A stretch of DNA of 47,831 nt from Octopus bimaculoides. Its lineage: Eukaryota. The translations under genes and the position numbers were made by a program. Shown here piece after piece: positions 1 to 12,251 of this stretch. The notes beneath the pieces are model-generated. The model had not been told where the DNA came from and searched no databases. It worked only from the letters and a program-made list of their open reading frames with translations. The DNA lies in contig NC_068988.1 of assembly GCF_001194135.2 (NCBI RefSeq), positions 92,693,930 to 92,741,760 of the forward strand. Direction: 5' to 3'. Position 1 is the stretch's first letter. Each line of letters starts with the position of its first letter.

Positions 1-120
1 TGCTGTTTCTCAAGTGCTTGCAACCCGTTTTGCTTACTGTTCGCCGCTGCTTGCTAAGCCTATGTGATGAACCAAGGAAGTAGCATAGCGCGCAAGTCTT
101 CCCTGCCATTGCACAGCCTC

Positions 121-149
121 TCTGTCTGTCTGTCTGTCTGTCTGCCTGC

Positions 150-182
<33 letters not shown>
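121..182 (+). repeat. (TCTG)n microsatellite
   Basis: Direct reading of tandem TCTG/TC units. Confidence 0.95.
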
Positions 183-184
<2 letters not shown>

Positions 185-990
185 GTCGAAACTTTTGTCA
201 AGCATCCCCGTTGTCATACACTGAGGCTGATTGCTTTACTGGCTCACTTTAAATTGTCAGAGGGTCTCACAGGGTAGGAATGGACCCCAGGGATACATTG
301 TAGAGATCTACCCAGGTAGATATGCTCTGGCACTTAACCACTGCTCTGTGTATAAACCCAAGAAGACAGAGTTTCAGAAGGCGAGGTATAATCTTGAAAG
401 AAAAAGAAAAAATAAACATGGTGGTCAGCTTTCAGAGCATTTCATACGTTCTGGCAGATGTATGAGTCAATTCAAGCTAGAATTCTGGGAAGATGTGCCA
501 ATCATCTTGGAGATTTTTTGCCATCGGATCTATTTCATTCACAGGAAATATAGTGATACTGAGAAACGCACACCCCAAACGCCATTATAAATAATCATTA
601 CGCGGTTATTTCCTTCAGTGAGGATTTGGGCTTTCCAAAGTATAGCAGTGATGGAGAGTCTGTTGATGGGAATGCATTAGTAGCTTGTAGTTAAAATTTT
701 ACTCTTGAAAGTTTAAAACAATAGTCGTTGAGAGCAAAGGCTGACCGGCAGCTGCACCTGGCCGACCATTGTCTGATTGAAGAGCTCTACCCACATTGAC
801 ATCACCACTCTAGCATCAGTTTGACTGTGAGGAACAGCCATTCTACTGCCTAAACTGACGGGGACACGGTTGGCATCAATGAACCCTCACTTTTCTTTGG
901 AAGGTTCAGAACGACAGTTTTCACGTATAAGTTAGTCTGTTTCTATTCTCATGTACTGGGGCGAAACATGAGTCACATACAAACCTAGTC

Positions 991-1926
991 CAGGGGTTCT
1001 CAACCATTTTTTTCTATACTCTCTCTTTTACTCTTTTACTTGTTTCAGTCATTTGACTGCGGCCATGCTGGAGCACCGCCTTTAGTCGAGCAATTCGACC
1101 CCAGGACTTATTCTTTGTAAGCCTAGTACTTATTCTATCGATCTCTTTTTGCCGAACCGCTAGGTTACGGGGACATAAATACACCACCATCGGTTGTCAA
1201 GCGATGTTGGGGGGGGGGACAAACACAAACACACAAACATATACACTCACATACATACATACATATNNNNNNNNNNNNNNNNNNNNNNNNNNNNNNNNNN
1301 NNNNNNNNNNNNNNNNNNNNNNNNNNNNNNNNNNNNNNNNNNNNNNNNNNNNNNNNNNNNNNNNNNNNNNNNNNNNNNNNNNNNNNNNNNNNNNNNNNNN
1401 NNNNNNNNNNATATATATATATATATATATACATATATTCGACAGGCTTCTTTCAGTTTCCGTCTACCAAATCCACTCACAAGGCTTTGCTCGGCCCGAG
1501 GCTATAGCAGAAGACACTTGCCCAAGGTGCCACGCAGTGGGAATGAACCCGGAACCATGTGGTTGGTAAGCAAGCTACTTACCACACAGCCACTCCTGCG
1601 CCTATCTATGGACCTCTTTGATTACTATTTTACTTTAGTGGACCCCTCATAGCCATTTGATGTTTGAAAACTAGTTTTATAGAAACTTCTTTTCAAATGC
1701 CTATGTTGCTTTTCGCATATTCCCTTGTATAAGTTGAATTATGTAAAATGTTCGAGAAAGAAACCTAACTGTTTCTTGCAATACATACCGATACATCTAA
1801 AGGAAAATATTTCAGGGGTCCTTAAAATACTATTGTGGATCACCAATTTACTATTTTGTTATGTGGACCCTGCAAAATCTTATATAGACCCTCAGGGGCC
1901 ATATGGACCCTGGTTGAGAACCCCTG
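991..1926. mobile_element. hAT (Charlie-like) MITE interrupted by a SINE
   Basis: 15-bp TIRs CAGGGGTTCTCAACC (991-1005) and GGTTGAGAACCCCTG (1912-1926). Flanks ACCTAGTC and ATCTAGAT match 5/8; the right flank fits the Charlie NTCTAGAN target. The body aligns with the inverted copy at 28503-28851. Confidence 0.85.
1021..1602 (-). mobile_element. tRNA-derived SINE type A, full length, nested in the hAT MITE
   Basis: Reverse complement of the 27196-27594 copy: head GGCGCAGGAGTGGCTGTGTGG, tail ...TGACTGAAACAAGTAAAAGAG. The internal microsatellite contains an N gap. Confidence 0.95.
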
Positions 1927-2225
1927 ATCTAGATTGACTTGAGAACCGTTAACATCAGGTGTCTCTAATTAATACTTCCTGTCAGTTGGTGGTATAGGAC
2001 GACGCACACAAAATTTTTCCATCATATCAACACTCGCAATGTTCGTGTATTGTTGGTGTAGCTAATATAGCAGATATGCCAATGCCGTATTTTGAACGGT
2101 AATTGAAGAAACTATGTGATTAATTATTATTCTGATATTATAAGTAAGGAATCGATATGTTATTGGTTTTGAATAGTGAAGCTTGTGACCCATATGAAAT
2201 TTGTAATGAATGATACAAAGGAAAG

Positions 2226-2230
<5 letters not shown>

Positions 2231-2319
<89 letters not shown>

Positions 2320-2562
2320 AGAGGAAGAAAGAGAGAGAGAGTAGAGGAGGGAAACAGAAAGAAAGAGAGGGAGACGGGAGAGAGAAATATAGGGAGAGGA
2401 GAGAGAGAAGGAGATAGGAAGAGAGAGGAAGAGAGAGAGAGAACGGAGGAGGATAACAGAAGAGACGGAGAGAGTGTGGGAGAGAGAGAGAGGGAGAGAG
2501 AGAATGTGAAAGAGAAAGAGAGAGAAAGTTAAACAGAGAATTAAAAGGAGAGAGAGAGAGAA

Positions 2563-2616
<54 letters not shown>

Positions 2617-2670
2617 AGAGAGAGAGAGTGAGAGAGAGAGTGAGAGAGAGAGAGAGATGGGAGAAGAGAT
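2231..2670 (+). repeat. (GA)n / polypurine tract
   Basis: About 440 bp of nearly pure purine on the + strand; it generates the ER/SL-repeat ORFs. Confidence 0.95.
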
Positions 2671-3570
2671 ATATACTGTAATGCAAGAACAGTAAATGAG
2701 CAAGAAAAATTAGGGTTGAGAAAAGAGAAATAAATCGAGAGATATGGATAATTGATTAATAGACTGTTAAAAAGATTGATAGCATATGTAGACAGATAGT
2801 TAGACAGATAGTCAATCAGACAGACAAACTGATAGATACATAAATAGATAGATAGCTGAAAAACTGCCAGTGGAACAATCCATTGAACTGAAAGGGTGGT
2901 CCGGTTACCATAATGAAAGAAATATATTTAAATAGATTTATCTGGGATATCCTAAAGCTTCATATGAAGACTTAAGTTTGCTGAGAGATCGATTCATTTC
3001 TTCATTACTATATCGATCTGTTTGTCTTGTCAACAATATCCGGCTTGATTGATTGTTTCACCATATTTATATGTTATTTTGCTATCCCTGAGGGAAATCA
3101 TGGACTATTGTGGTAAATGGCCAAAAGTAATGTAGTTGTTAGGGTTATAACTATGATGGTTGGGTGTGGGTTGGGAGTTTGAAATATAGGACTGTGTCTA
3201 GTTTCATGGGAGTTGACTGAGTGCCAGTGTCACGAGGTCACGAGGTCACATTTGAAATGTTATTCCAGAGAGATATGAAAGTGATGAAGTAAAGTCTCTT
3301 TGCTGGTTGGTGAAATTTTCTACTGAATGAGTTGGGAGAATAAAGAAGCATACAGAAAACTGAAATGGTTCTCGGAAGTGTTGAGAAATATTTGATCTTC
3401 CTTTCAGCATGAAACCATTTCTTTTTTCCGTTTATTTCATAGGTGTTTCCAGTCAATACAAATTTTTAGATTTCTCGAATTTCCCAGCTTACAATATTGT
3501 ATATCGTCTTGCTAAATCTAACCTTCCGCCAAAACACTTTACTATTATTAATTAGTAACAGCTGTGACGT

Positions 3571-3825
3571 GGAGGCGCGTGGCTTAGTGGTTAGGGGTGT
3601 CAACATCATGATCGTAAGATTGTGGTTTCGATTCCTGGACCGGCCGACGCGTTGTGTTCTTGAGCAAAACACTTCATTTCACGTTGCTCCAGTCCACTCA
3701 GCTGGCAAAAATGAATAACGCTGCGATGGACAGGCGTCCCGTCCAGCTGGGGAACACATTCGCCATTGAAACCGGGAAACCGGGCCCATGAGCCTGGCCA
3801 GGCTTTGAAAGGGCGCATTTATGTT
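3571..3825 (+). mobile_element. tRNA-derived SINE type C with CORE-like central domain
   Basis: A box TGGCTTAGTGG and B box GGTTTCGATTCC, then TTGTGTTCTTGAGCAAAACACTTCATTTC...CAGCTGGCAAAAATGAATA resembling the CORE domain. A near-identical inverted copy lies at 45717-45979. Confidence 0.9.
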
Positions 3826-3845
3826 TTTTATTTAAGAGCTGTGAT

Positions 3846-4057
3846 AGCAGCGAGCTCGCAGAATCGTCACCGCGCCGGACAAACCCTACTTAGAGTCATT
3901 TCTTCTGACTTTACGCTTTGAGTTCAAATACGGCCGAGATTGACTTTTATCTTTTCGGAGTCGATAAAATAAGTACCAGTTGAGTACTGGGGTTGATGTA
4001 ATAGACTTACTCACTTCCACGAAATCGCTGGCCTTCAGCCAAAATTTGAAGCCAATA
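3846..4057 (+). mobile_element. SINE type D
   Basis: Shares GAGTTCAAAT..GCCGAG..GACTTT, GTCGATAAAATAAGTACCAGTTGAG and GCTGGCCTT..GCCAAAATTTGAA with about 10 other copies in the window. Confidence 0.9.
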
Positions 4058-4092
4058 TTTCCTCCAACTTTGTGTTCTGAGTTCAGATACCG

Positions 4093-4550
4093 ACGAAGGT
4101 TTCTGCTCGGTGGATGCTACGTCTTCTGACACCTGATCAAAAGTGCACCAGGCTGATCGCATCACGGGAAAATATGACATTGTTTGAAGCAGATCTAGTT
4201 GGTTTTCTAGAACATTTCCTAAGACAAGGATGAGTGTTGGGTTCCGGATGAGCCAGAGACAAAGAGACTATTCATGCAATGGAAACACCTTTCCTCATCA
4301 GCTCCAAAGATGGCCAAGGTTGTTTCATCTGCATGGAAGGTAATGGCCTCAGTTTTTTGGGATGCAAAAGGCAGTGTATCGTAAAACAGGTCACACCATC
4401 AATGGAGCTTACTACGCCAACTTGCTTAGGCAAATATGAAAAAATTATCAAGATCAAACACTCAGGAAAACCGACAAAAGACTTCATCAGGACAATATTA
4501 TAGCACACAAATCCTTGCTTTCAATACATGCTGTACTTGACTGTGGATTT
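4093..4550 (+). pseudogene. Mariner (Tc1/mariner) transposase remnant, frameshifted
   Basis: Manual translation across frameshifts: KVSARWMLRLLTPDQK..., DECWV, EPETKR..QWKH, KVMASVFWDAKG, TINGAYYANLL, HQDN..AHKS. These are mariner catalytic-domain motifs. Confidence 0.9.
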
Positions 4551-4945
4551 GATCCTGCTTATTACTGCCGCTGTTTTCCATGGACATATTACACCCATCT
4601 CAACTATTGATGCACAATGCAGGGTAGGTTTTGTTGGGCCATATTTCATGCTATATACTCACTAAGCTATATCTCATGCTATATTTTAGTGACTTCTGCA
4701 CCCTAATTACCGACGAAGACTACTCATCTGAAATGGGGGACCTACCAAAACTATTAGGTACAGAAAAACGGCCAGTTGAAGAAGGGCAATATTCTTCGAC
4801 AGCTGTGTGATGACTGTACTGAGTTATCTTTTCTTTCCGTTTGTTGCTTTATTTTATTAAAAGGGTGAGTAAATGTTAAGTAATATTACGAATATACATA
4901 CATACATACATACATATATACATGTGTGTATATATACATATATAC

Positions 4946-4986
<41 letters not shown>

Positions 4987-6238
4987 CACATACACATATA
5001 TCAAATGGATGTCTTTTAAAACTATTCCGTACATACAATAACAGCCATACCAACAATCCAGCACACCTCCATCATCAGCTGCCCCACGGATATCGCTATG
5101 GTTTCGACACCTGGGCAGTACCATTTAATCCGGCGGTGCAACTCTTTCAAACATATCAGTAATCAGAGAACCTCATATAATTGTAATTACATCATATACA
5201 CTCTAAATGACTTTCAAATTAGCGTTTATACGCCCGTATCTGATAGACGGTATCCTTATTGACTGGCGTTCAGCTGTAGTTTAGGATCCATTCACAATTA
5301 TCAATGATATTAAATACCTTAATTTTTATTTGATACTAATGTGTGAAAAATCTTTGAGCGCTTCAGGTAAAGACTTAGGAAAAAAATATGTAAGGTAATG
5401 TCAATATATGAAAGCATAAAGAAAACATACTGGTTATGTTACAGATGTTGTTTAATGGCCTTATAATATTTTGGAAAAAATCCCCCCTTATCAAATAGAA
5501 AATAATCATTGCAGGTCATTCTAATGTGTTTTCCTTCTATTTGATAAAGTAATACAATATCTTTTCTCTTTGATTTCGTTTATTCACATCGCGTTACATA
5601 TTTTGGCTTACTCCTTACCAGTATTACTCTAAGGTTTTTAAAACATTTATATCATTTACACACATTTCAATGCTTCAAACAAAGCATATCACAATTCTCT
5701 TAACTTTTATTTTATCATAGCAAACGTTTGGATTAGTGGAGTTGTTCGACAAAAATCGGAGAATAAACTTAAATTCGAAATAATAAAAGGATGTTTTATT
5801 ACTTACTAAAATTAAAAAAAGAAAATGATTTTTTCATCTTTTAATTATATGTTTTTAAAATTCCATTTTTGTATTTTATACTATTTTATGACATTCCCCA
5901 GTTTTCAATTTATTTCTTATATTTCATTAAAAATGTTTTTCTAAGTTTTAACTACTTTTGAGTCTTCTCCATGTTTTNNNNNNNNNNGCTCGATTTTTAT
6001 CATGTCGTTAATCTCCAATATATTATTACATCAATGCAATTTCCATAATAGGAATGAGTTAGCAGAAAAATATATTTAAGCAACAAAGAATGTTCAGAGC
6101 AGACTATTTCAAGGGACAAAAAACAAAGATCTCATTGATAGTTCAAAATTTTATTCTTAAGCTCTACAATTGTTTCAGCAGCGAAATATACAAACATCAC
6201 CACCCATACAATCATAGAATAATTGGTACACACACACG

Positions 6239-6282
<44 letters not shown>

Positions 6283-6386
6283 GAATATTTCGGTGTTTTT
6301 CCTTATGATTTAAGTTTACTTAGCCCACTCAGGGTATTTTTATATGTCAGTTATGTAGTGATAATATCGACGATGCTCTTTGTATA

Positions 6387-6829
6387 CGTGGTCTGATCAA
6401 TAAGAGTAAAGCCGCTTTGCACAGATTGATTTTGAACTCCGCCGTGCTTGCGCACTAAGTTTTAACGCTTTCAGCTGACCAAAAATACACTCGGGTTCCA
6501 GTTGCCCAAGATCTCCATGATTGTGTGTCGAGAACGATGAAGACTTTTTGAAAACTTTGCGAAGGCTTCTGAGCAGGTATCGCCAAACTTTTGCTAAAAT
6601 TTGTTGCAGATTCTCTGCTCAATTCTCTCTGTCATAGTCAATGCAACGATCACACGTTACACACGTTCCTTCCAAGCACTGCTGTAAACAGCAGAAGTAA
6701 GCTAGAACGTTAAAACTTAGTACGCGTGTACAACAGAGCACAAGTTCGATCTGTACCAAGTGGCGTCACTCTGCCTGCTTTAGCATCGTTACTATGGCAA
6801 CAATCCGGATACTTATTGATCAGACCACG
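6387..6829 (-). mobile_element. Internally deleted mariner element / MITE
   Basis: TA-flanked 18-bp TIRs CGTGGTCTGATCAATAAG (6387-6404) and CTTATTGATCAGACCACG (6812-6829). The minus strand from 6635 reads MTERIEQRICNKF*QKFGDTCSEAF, a mariner N-terminus. Confidence 0.9.
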
Positions 6830-7561
6830 TATATATATTTATATAGATACACATATACCTACACNNNNNNNNNNNNNNNNNNNNNNNNNNNNNNNNNNNN
6901 NNNNNNNNNNNNNNNNNNNNNNNNNNNNNNNNNNNNNNNNNNNNNNNNNNNNNNNNNNNNNNNNNNNNNNNNNNNNNNNNNNNNNNNNNNNNNNNNNNNN
7001 NNNNNNNNNNNNNNNNNNNNNNNNNNNNNNNNNNNNNNNNNNNNNNNNNNNNNNNNNNNNNNNNNNNNNNNNNNNNNNNNNNATATATATATAATGTGTG
7101 TGTGTGTATTTGCCTGTATGTGCGCGCGCGAGTTATTCGGAGTTTTATACTTGCATCTGATTTGTTTGCAAACTGTGCGTTGAAACTGAAACATTCTTAC
7201 TGCAGAAGAGCCGGCGTTGGTAATTTAAAAACACACGTAAGGTATGCGTGTTTATTTCTTAAAAGTAATAATATACGTTACGATATGACGACAGTGTTTA
7301 GTTGCACTTCTGTCACCTGGTCGCTGATACATGTCCACAGCATCGGTTGAAAGTCAAATCCAGGTCAGTTTTTAAAGCCTCGACAGATTTCTTTCTCTGG
7401 TCTTCTTTATTTATCGTTTTCTTAATTGCATTTCTTTTTAATTATGGGAGTGATTAATGGTTTTACACGTCAGTTTTGCGCACAAGATTCTTTTATAATG
7501 TTTTTATGCTTAGGCCAGCTGTACATTTGAGTGAGAATGACCTTACAAATTGCTATCTGTC

Positions 7562-7596
<35 letters not shown>

Positions 7597-8002
7597 TTAT
7601 TAATATCACTTTTAGTTGTATTTTCTATTTCTGGGGTATGAAATGAGGTAAAGTGGTTGAGCGGCTGGAAACATTGTTCACTATGTAGTTTTTCCAAAGC
7701 AAGTTTATGATACTTCTTATAGAGCAATTATTTTATTACATTTGTCTCTGTGTAAGTCTGATTAGATTATTACTGAGTTCATACAGCTGGCTGTTTTTGA
7801 TTAGCAAAAGAAATAAAACTTATATGTATATAAATTGTTATTCAACTGATCTGAGGAAAGTGGGCATATATCTATGCATTACGTAAGGTTCCTTGGTTTT
7901 GCCACTTTCAGACATTGTATGCAAACTGATTCAGTTACTTGTATAGTATTGGATCCTAACGAGATATTGATGTGGTATTTACATAGAGCCTATTAACTGA
8001 CT

Positions 8003-8370
8003 GGAGGTGTAATGGCCCAGTGGTTAGGGCAGCGGACTTGCGGTCATAGGATCGCGGTTTCGATTTCCAGACCGGGCATTGTGAGCGAAAACACCTAAAG
8101 CTCCACGAGGCTCCGGCAGGGGTTGGTGGTGAACTTTGCTATATTCTTTCACCACAACTTTCTCTCACTCTTTCTTTCTGTTTCTGTTGTACCTGTATTT
8201 CAAAGGGCCAACTTTGTCACACTTTGTGTCACGCTGAATATCCCCGAGAACTACGTTAAGGGTACACGTGTCTCTGAAGTGTTCAGCCACTTGCACATTA
8301 ATTTCACCAGCAGGCTGTTCCGTTGATCTGATCAACTGGAACCCTCGTCGTCGTAACCGACGGAGTGCCA
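8003..8370 (+). mobile_element. tRNA-derived SINE type B, full length
   Basis: A box TGGCCCAGTGG, B box GGTTTCGATTTCC, tail CCCTCGTCGTCGTAACCGACGGAGTGCC; homologous to 12894-13248, 14635-14811, 14955-15076 and 30813-30985. Confidence 0.92.
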
Positions 8371-8807
8371 CGATTGACTGTCGTGTTTATCTTGAATATA
8401 TTTGCACGGTGTCTTTATGATATACCTAGTCGAGCGCTCGTCAAACCTTTCGTCCATATCCCGAACTGTTTTCCGTATTAATAATTCAGAGAGGTGTACG
8501 CGCAATTATTTTTGACACTTTGTACAATATTTCTTAGTTTGCGATTGACACTTGGCGTTATTGTACAGCTTTTTCTATTTGTGTAATTGTGAAAATTGTA
8601 AGAGATGCACATGATATACCTAATGAGTTCACTTGTTATTTCTACAAATTCAGTTACTCGAAAGATTAAAATAAATATGTAAGCTATTATATTTTTGAGT
8701 ATGGAACCAATTTTTTACGCCAATCTAGGAGCCTTTCAGATGATAAGAACACCACAGCCATGATTGTGCATGCAGTCGGTGCCAGCCTAAAAACTACATT
8801 AACCCAG

Positions 8808-8877
<70 letters not shown>

Positions 8878-9114
8878 NNNNNNNNNNNNNNNNNNNNNNN
8901 NNNNNNNNNNNNNNNNNNNNNNNNNNNNNNNNNNNNNNNNNNNNNNNNNNNNNNNNNNNNNNNNNNNNNNNNNNNNNNNNNNNNNNNNNNNNNNNNNNNN
9001 NNNNNNNNNNNNNNNNNNNNNNNNNNNNNNNNNNNNNNNNNNNNNNNNNNNNNNNNNNNNNNNNNNNNNNNNNNNNNNNNNNNNNNNNNNNNNNNNNNNN
9101 NNNNNNNNNNNNNN

Positions 9115-9160
<46 letters not shown>

Positions 9161-9723
9161 ATGCATACATATATCAAATTCCATTCATGATAGTATAAAT
9201 GCTACGATTATCTACTCATCTACACACCCCAGTAGGAGTTTTATCGAACTATAAGCTGAGCTAAGGATAAAGAACACAATCAATGAAATACCTAAGACAT
9301 ATACATTCCACTCCGTTCAGAGCAAACTTATAGCAAATGCACTAGTAATCGATTATAGGCAGATTATCCAAAAAGGCTCTGTAATGAAGTAATTTGCAAA
9401 AGTGAACTCCTTATTGGTAGATATCATAAGAATAACTAGGAATATATCACAGCTGTGTCAACCTCACGAACGTTGAGAGCATATCCGATACTTTCTGCAC
9501 GGAGTTTTCTGGCTGAACACAAAAATTGTAGGATCAGAATGTATAATATGAGTATGCCTTTTATAACGTTTAATACATTTTGCATTAGAGTAGCCAGAGA
9601 AAATAGTAAAATAGCACACTTCTACATGGTAGTGCACTGTCCCTGTATTGTGCAGAAGGCACTGTAACAATAATAAAGATAAGTTGTGACGAAAGTGTGG
9701 ATAATTGTGATTTCCCCTCGCAC

Positions 9724-9780
<57 letters not shown>

Positions 9781-10359
9781 TATTTGCGTGTGTGTGTGTT
9801 TCTTATCCAAGGACGGTTACCTACATCAACGTAGTAACAATATAATACATGACTTATATTATAAGCAGATATAAACTTTCTTTGAGGCAATTTATAAAAC
9901 AAACAATATTAATATTAATGGTGATAATGAATGAATAGAATAAATAGCTATTTGAAAGGGAAGTAAATAAAGAAATAAATGAATCTGAAAGCAACAAGGA
10001 TAAAAAAGAGGAAGATTACCAATGTAGCTGATCAAAGCATAAAAGAATTACTTTATATATGAAAGTGATATGGAAAAGATGTAAATCATTTCTATGCCTA
10101 AAGAAAAACGTAATTAACAAAAAAATAGAAATAAAACAGAGTAAATATGTTTTTAAAAACTGACTGGTAGACTGCCATTCAAGAGGTGTTGTGGATCTGT
10201 GTCAGTGACCAGGCCATAGAAGAAGAACGGAAAGTTTTAGCACAACATAGTATACGATACGTTTAAGAAATAATCAAACGTCAAAGTAATAGACAGAATT
10301 TATTTAAATTCAAACATTACTCTTCTACGATGAAATTGCTATCCACCCGTTCGTGCATA

Positions 10360-10425
10360 CGAGGGGGTACCCAAAAATAATCGGAAACATGCTCTGTGGG
10401 AGAATCCCGTTGTAGTTCAGGCTTT
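10360..10425 (+). mobile_element. Probable solo mariner-type terminus
   Basis: TA followed by CGAGGGGGTACCCAAAAATAA resembles mariner ends; no partner TIR was found. Confidence 0.35.
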
Positions 10426-10449
10426 TGTATTTATGTGCTATCTGAGTAT

Positions 10450-10508
10450 ATTCCACCGATGAAGGCAGAGTATTTCTTATGCAGAGCCAGAAATCCGGGA
10501 TCTGGAAT
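10450..10508 (+). ncRNA. Type-I hammerhead ribozyme-like motif (variant core)
   Basis: Stem I ATTCCA/TGGAAT; core CCGATGA-A; stem II GGC/GCC; A-GAAA; near-palindromic stem III ATCCGGGAT; C17. Confidence 0.55.
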
Positions 10509-10769
10509 TATCCAGTTATATTTTGCTAGTTTATTTTGTCTCTTTGTCTTCTCTCCTGGTGCTGTATGAACATTTAATGTAGTTTTAGAGTCAAGGTTTG
10601 ACTGCTATTTCAAGCATGGTGGTATCTCTTAGATACCCTAAATTATAATTTTTATAATAATTATTACCTTTGAGGTTTTTTATTCCCATGCTGGCCACCT
10701 GATGGAATCGGTATTTCAAATAACGACCTTATCCTTATTTATATAAATGTATGTATGTATGTATGTATG

Positions 10770-10803
<34 letters not shown>

Positions 10804-11452
10804 TGTATGTATNNNNNNNNNNNNNNNNNNNNNNNNNNNNNNNNNNNNNNNNNNNNNNNNNNNNNNNNNNNNNNNNNNNNNNNNNNNNNNNNNNNNNNNN
10901 NNNNNNNNNNNNNNNNNNNNNNNNNNNNNNNNNNNNNNNNNNNNNNNNNNNNNNNNNNNNNNNNNNNNNNNNNNNNNNNNNNNNNNNNNNNNNNNNNNNN
11001 NNNNNNNNNNNNNNNNNNNNNNNNNNNNNNNNNNNNNNNNNNNNNNNNNNNNNNNNNNNNNNNNNNNNNNNNNNNNNNNNNNNNNNNNNNNNNNNNNNNN
11101 NNNNNNNNNNNNNNNNNNNNNNNNNNNNNNNNNNNNNNNNNNNNNNNNNNNNNNNNNNNNNNNNNNNNNNNNNNNNNNNNNNNNNNNNNNNNNNNNNNNN
11201 NNNNNNNNNNNNNNNNNNNNNNNNNNNNNNNNNNNNNNNNNNNNNNNNNNNNNNNNNNNNNNNNNNNNNNNNNNNNNNNNNNNNNNNNNNNNNNNNNNNN
11301 NNNNNNNNNNNNNNNNNNNNNNNNNNNNNNNNNNNNNNNNNNNNNNNNNNNNNNNNNNNNNNNNNNNNNNNNNNNNNNNNNNNNNNNNNNNNNNNNNNNN
11401 NNNNNNNNNNNNNNNNNNNNNNNNNNNNNNNNNNNNNNNNNNNNNNNNNNNN

Positions 11453-11498
<46 letters not shown>

Positions 11499-12125
11499 TA
11501 CATATGTGTGTATGTATGTATGTATGTACGGACAAATACGTACGATTGAAAATATCTACAAACATATATGTGTACTCAAGATTATGTTTATAAACTCACA
11601 TAACTAATTACCCACAACTGCATGTAAAGTACCCAAGTGTGAGCTTTCGTGTATACATTGCTTCGTGCCAAGTATTTTAGGGTTGATGTATGTTCATCTT
11701 ATCTTTCACTCCAATCCCGTAAGATATATATATATATTGCGGTGGGGTGTATGTGATTTTTGAACGCATTGAAAAGCTGTCAGTGGATATACTCTTCTTT
11801 ACGGCGGTCGGCACTGCATCTAACAGGACTCACTGTATGGTTGACAGTCGAATGAATGTAGGTATAATGGAGATATTGTACGTAAATGGGTACACTCCGA
11901 AAAGGGGCTGCAATGGGAGACGGCAACGGAGAAGTGAACTGTTGAAATGTTGCAGAAGGCGAAGGGTTGATATTGGATTGCTGGTGTGGCTGTAGAATAA
12001 GAAACATAAACTAAGCCTATGCAGTCACATGAGAATACGTAGTAATGAATTACTTGAAAAAATAAGGCGTAATGGCTTACCGCGTGGTTGGTGGGAGTAA
12101 TTGGAGAATATGCTTTGATATTGAG

Positions 12126-12240
12126 GTCCATACAAGAAATTGCCTTGTTGGTGAGTCTTCGGATTTGTTGGTATTATGCTGAAACGGTATCCATCCTCAC
12201 CATTCACAAAGAGCAGTGGATATTGGAACGCATCGTAGGA
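12126..12240 (-). pseudogene. Helitron Rep N-terminal region fragment
   Basis: Reads SYDAFQYPLLFVNGEDGYRFSIIPTNPKTHQQ, then after a frameshift KAISCMD. This resembles the conserved Helitron YDALQYPL...G.DGY block. Confidence 0.75.
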
Positions 12241-12251
12241 TGTAATAATTC

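Noticed and set aside
231-590. 119-aa ORF; LSEHFIRSGRCMSQFKLEFWEDV faintly recalls a Penelope GIY-YIG C-terminus
   Set aside because: No GIY or YIG motif upstream and no other recognisable domain; a profile search would be needed.
740-800. Minus-strand LQSDNG, like an LTR integrase motif
   Set aside because: The flanking residues do not resemble integrase and the frame is full of stops.
3571-3645. tRNA-like heads of SINEs (also at 8003, 27196 and 30676)
   Set aside because: They have A/B boxes but no full acceptor-stem cloverleaf and continue into repeated SINE bodies, so they are not tRNA genes.
5070-5120. Minus-strand GAAAC...GGCAGCTGATGA (also at about 34955-35000) as a type-II hammerhead
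   Set aside because: The core words are present, but no stem I hairpin or valid NUH site could be built.
8490-8570. Minus-strand KCQSQTKKYCTKCQK*, like a piggyBac Cys-rich tail
   Set aside because: Too short, contains a stop, and has no adjacent transposase or TIR evidence.
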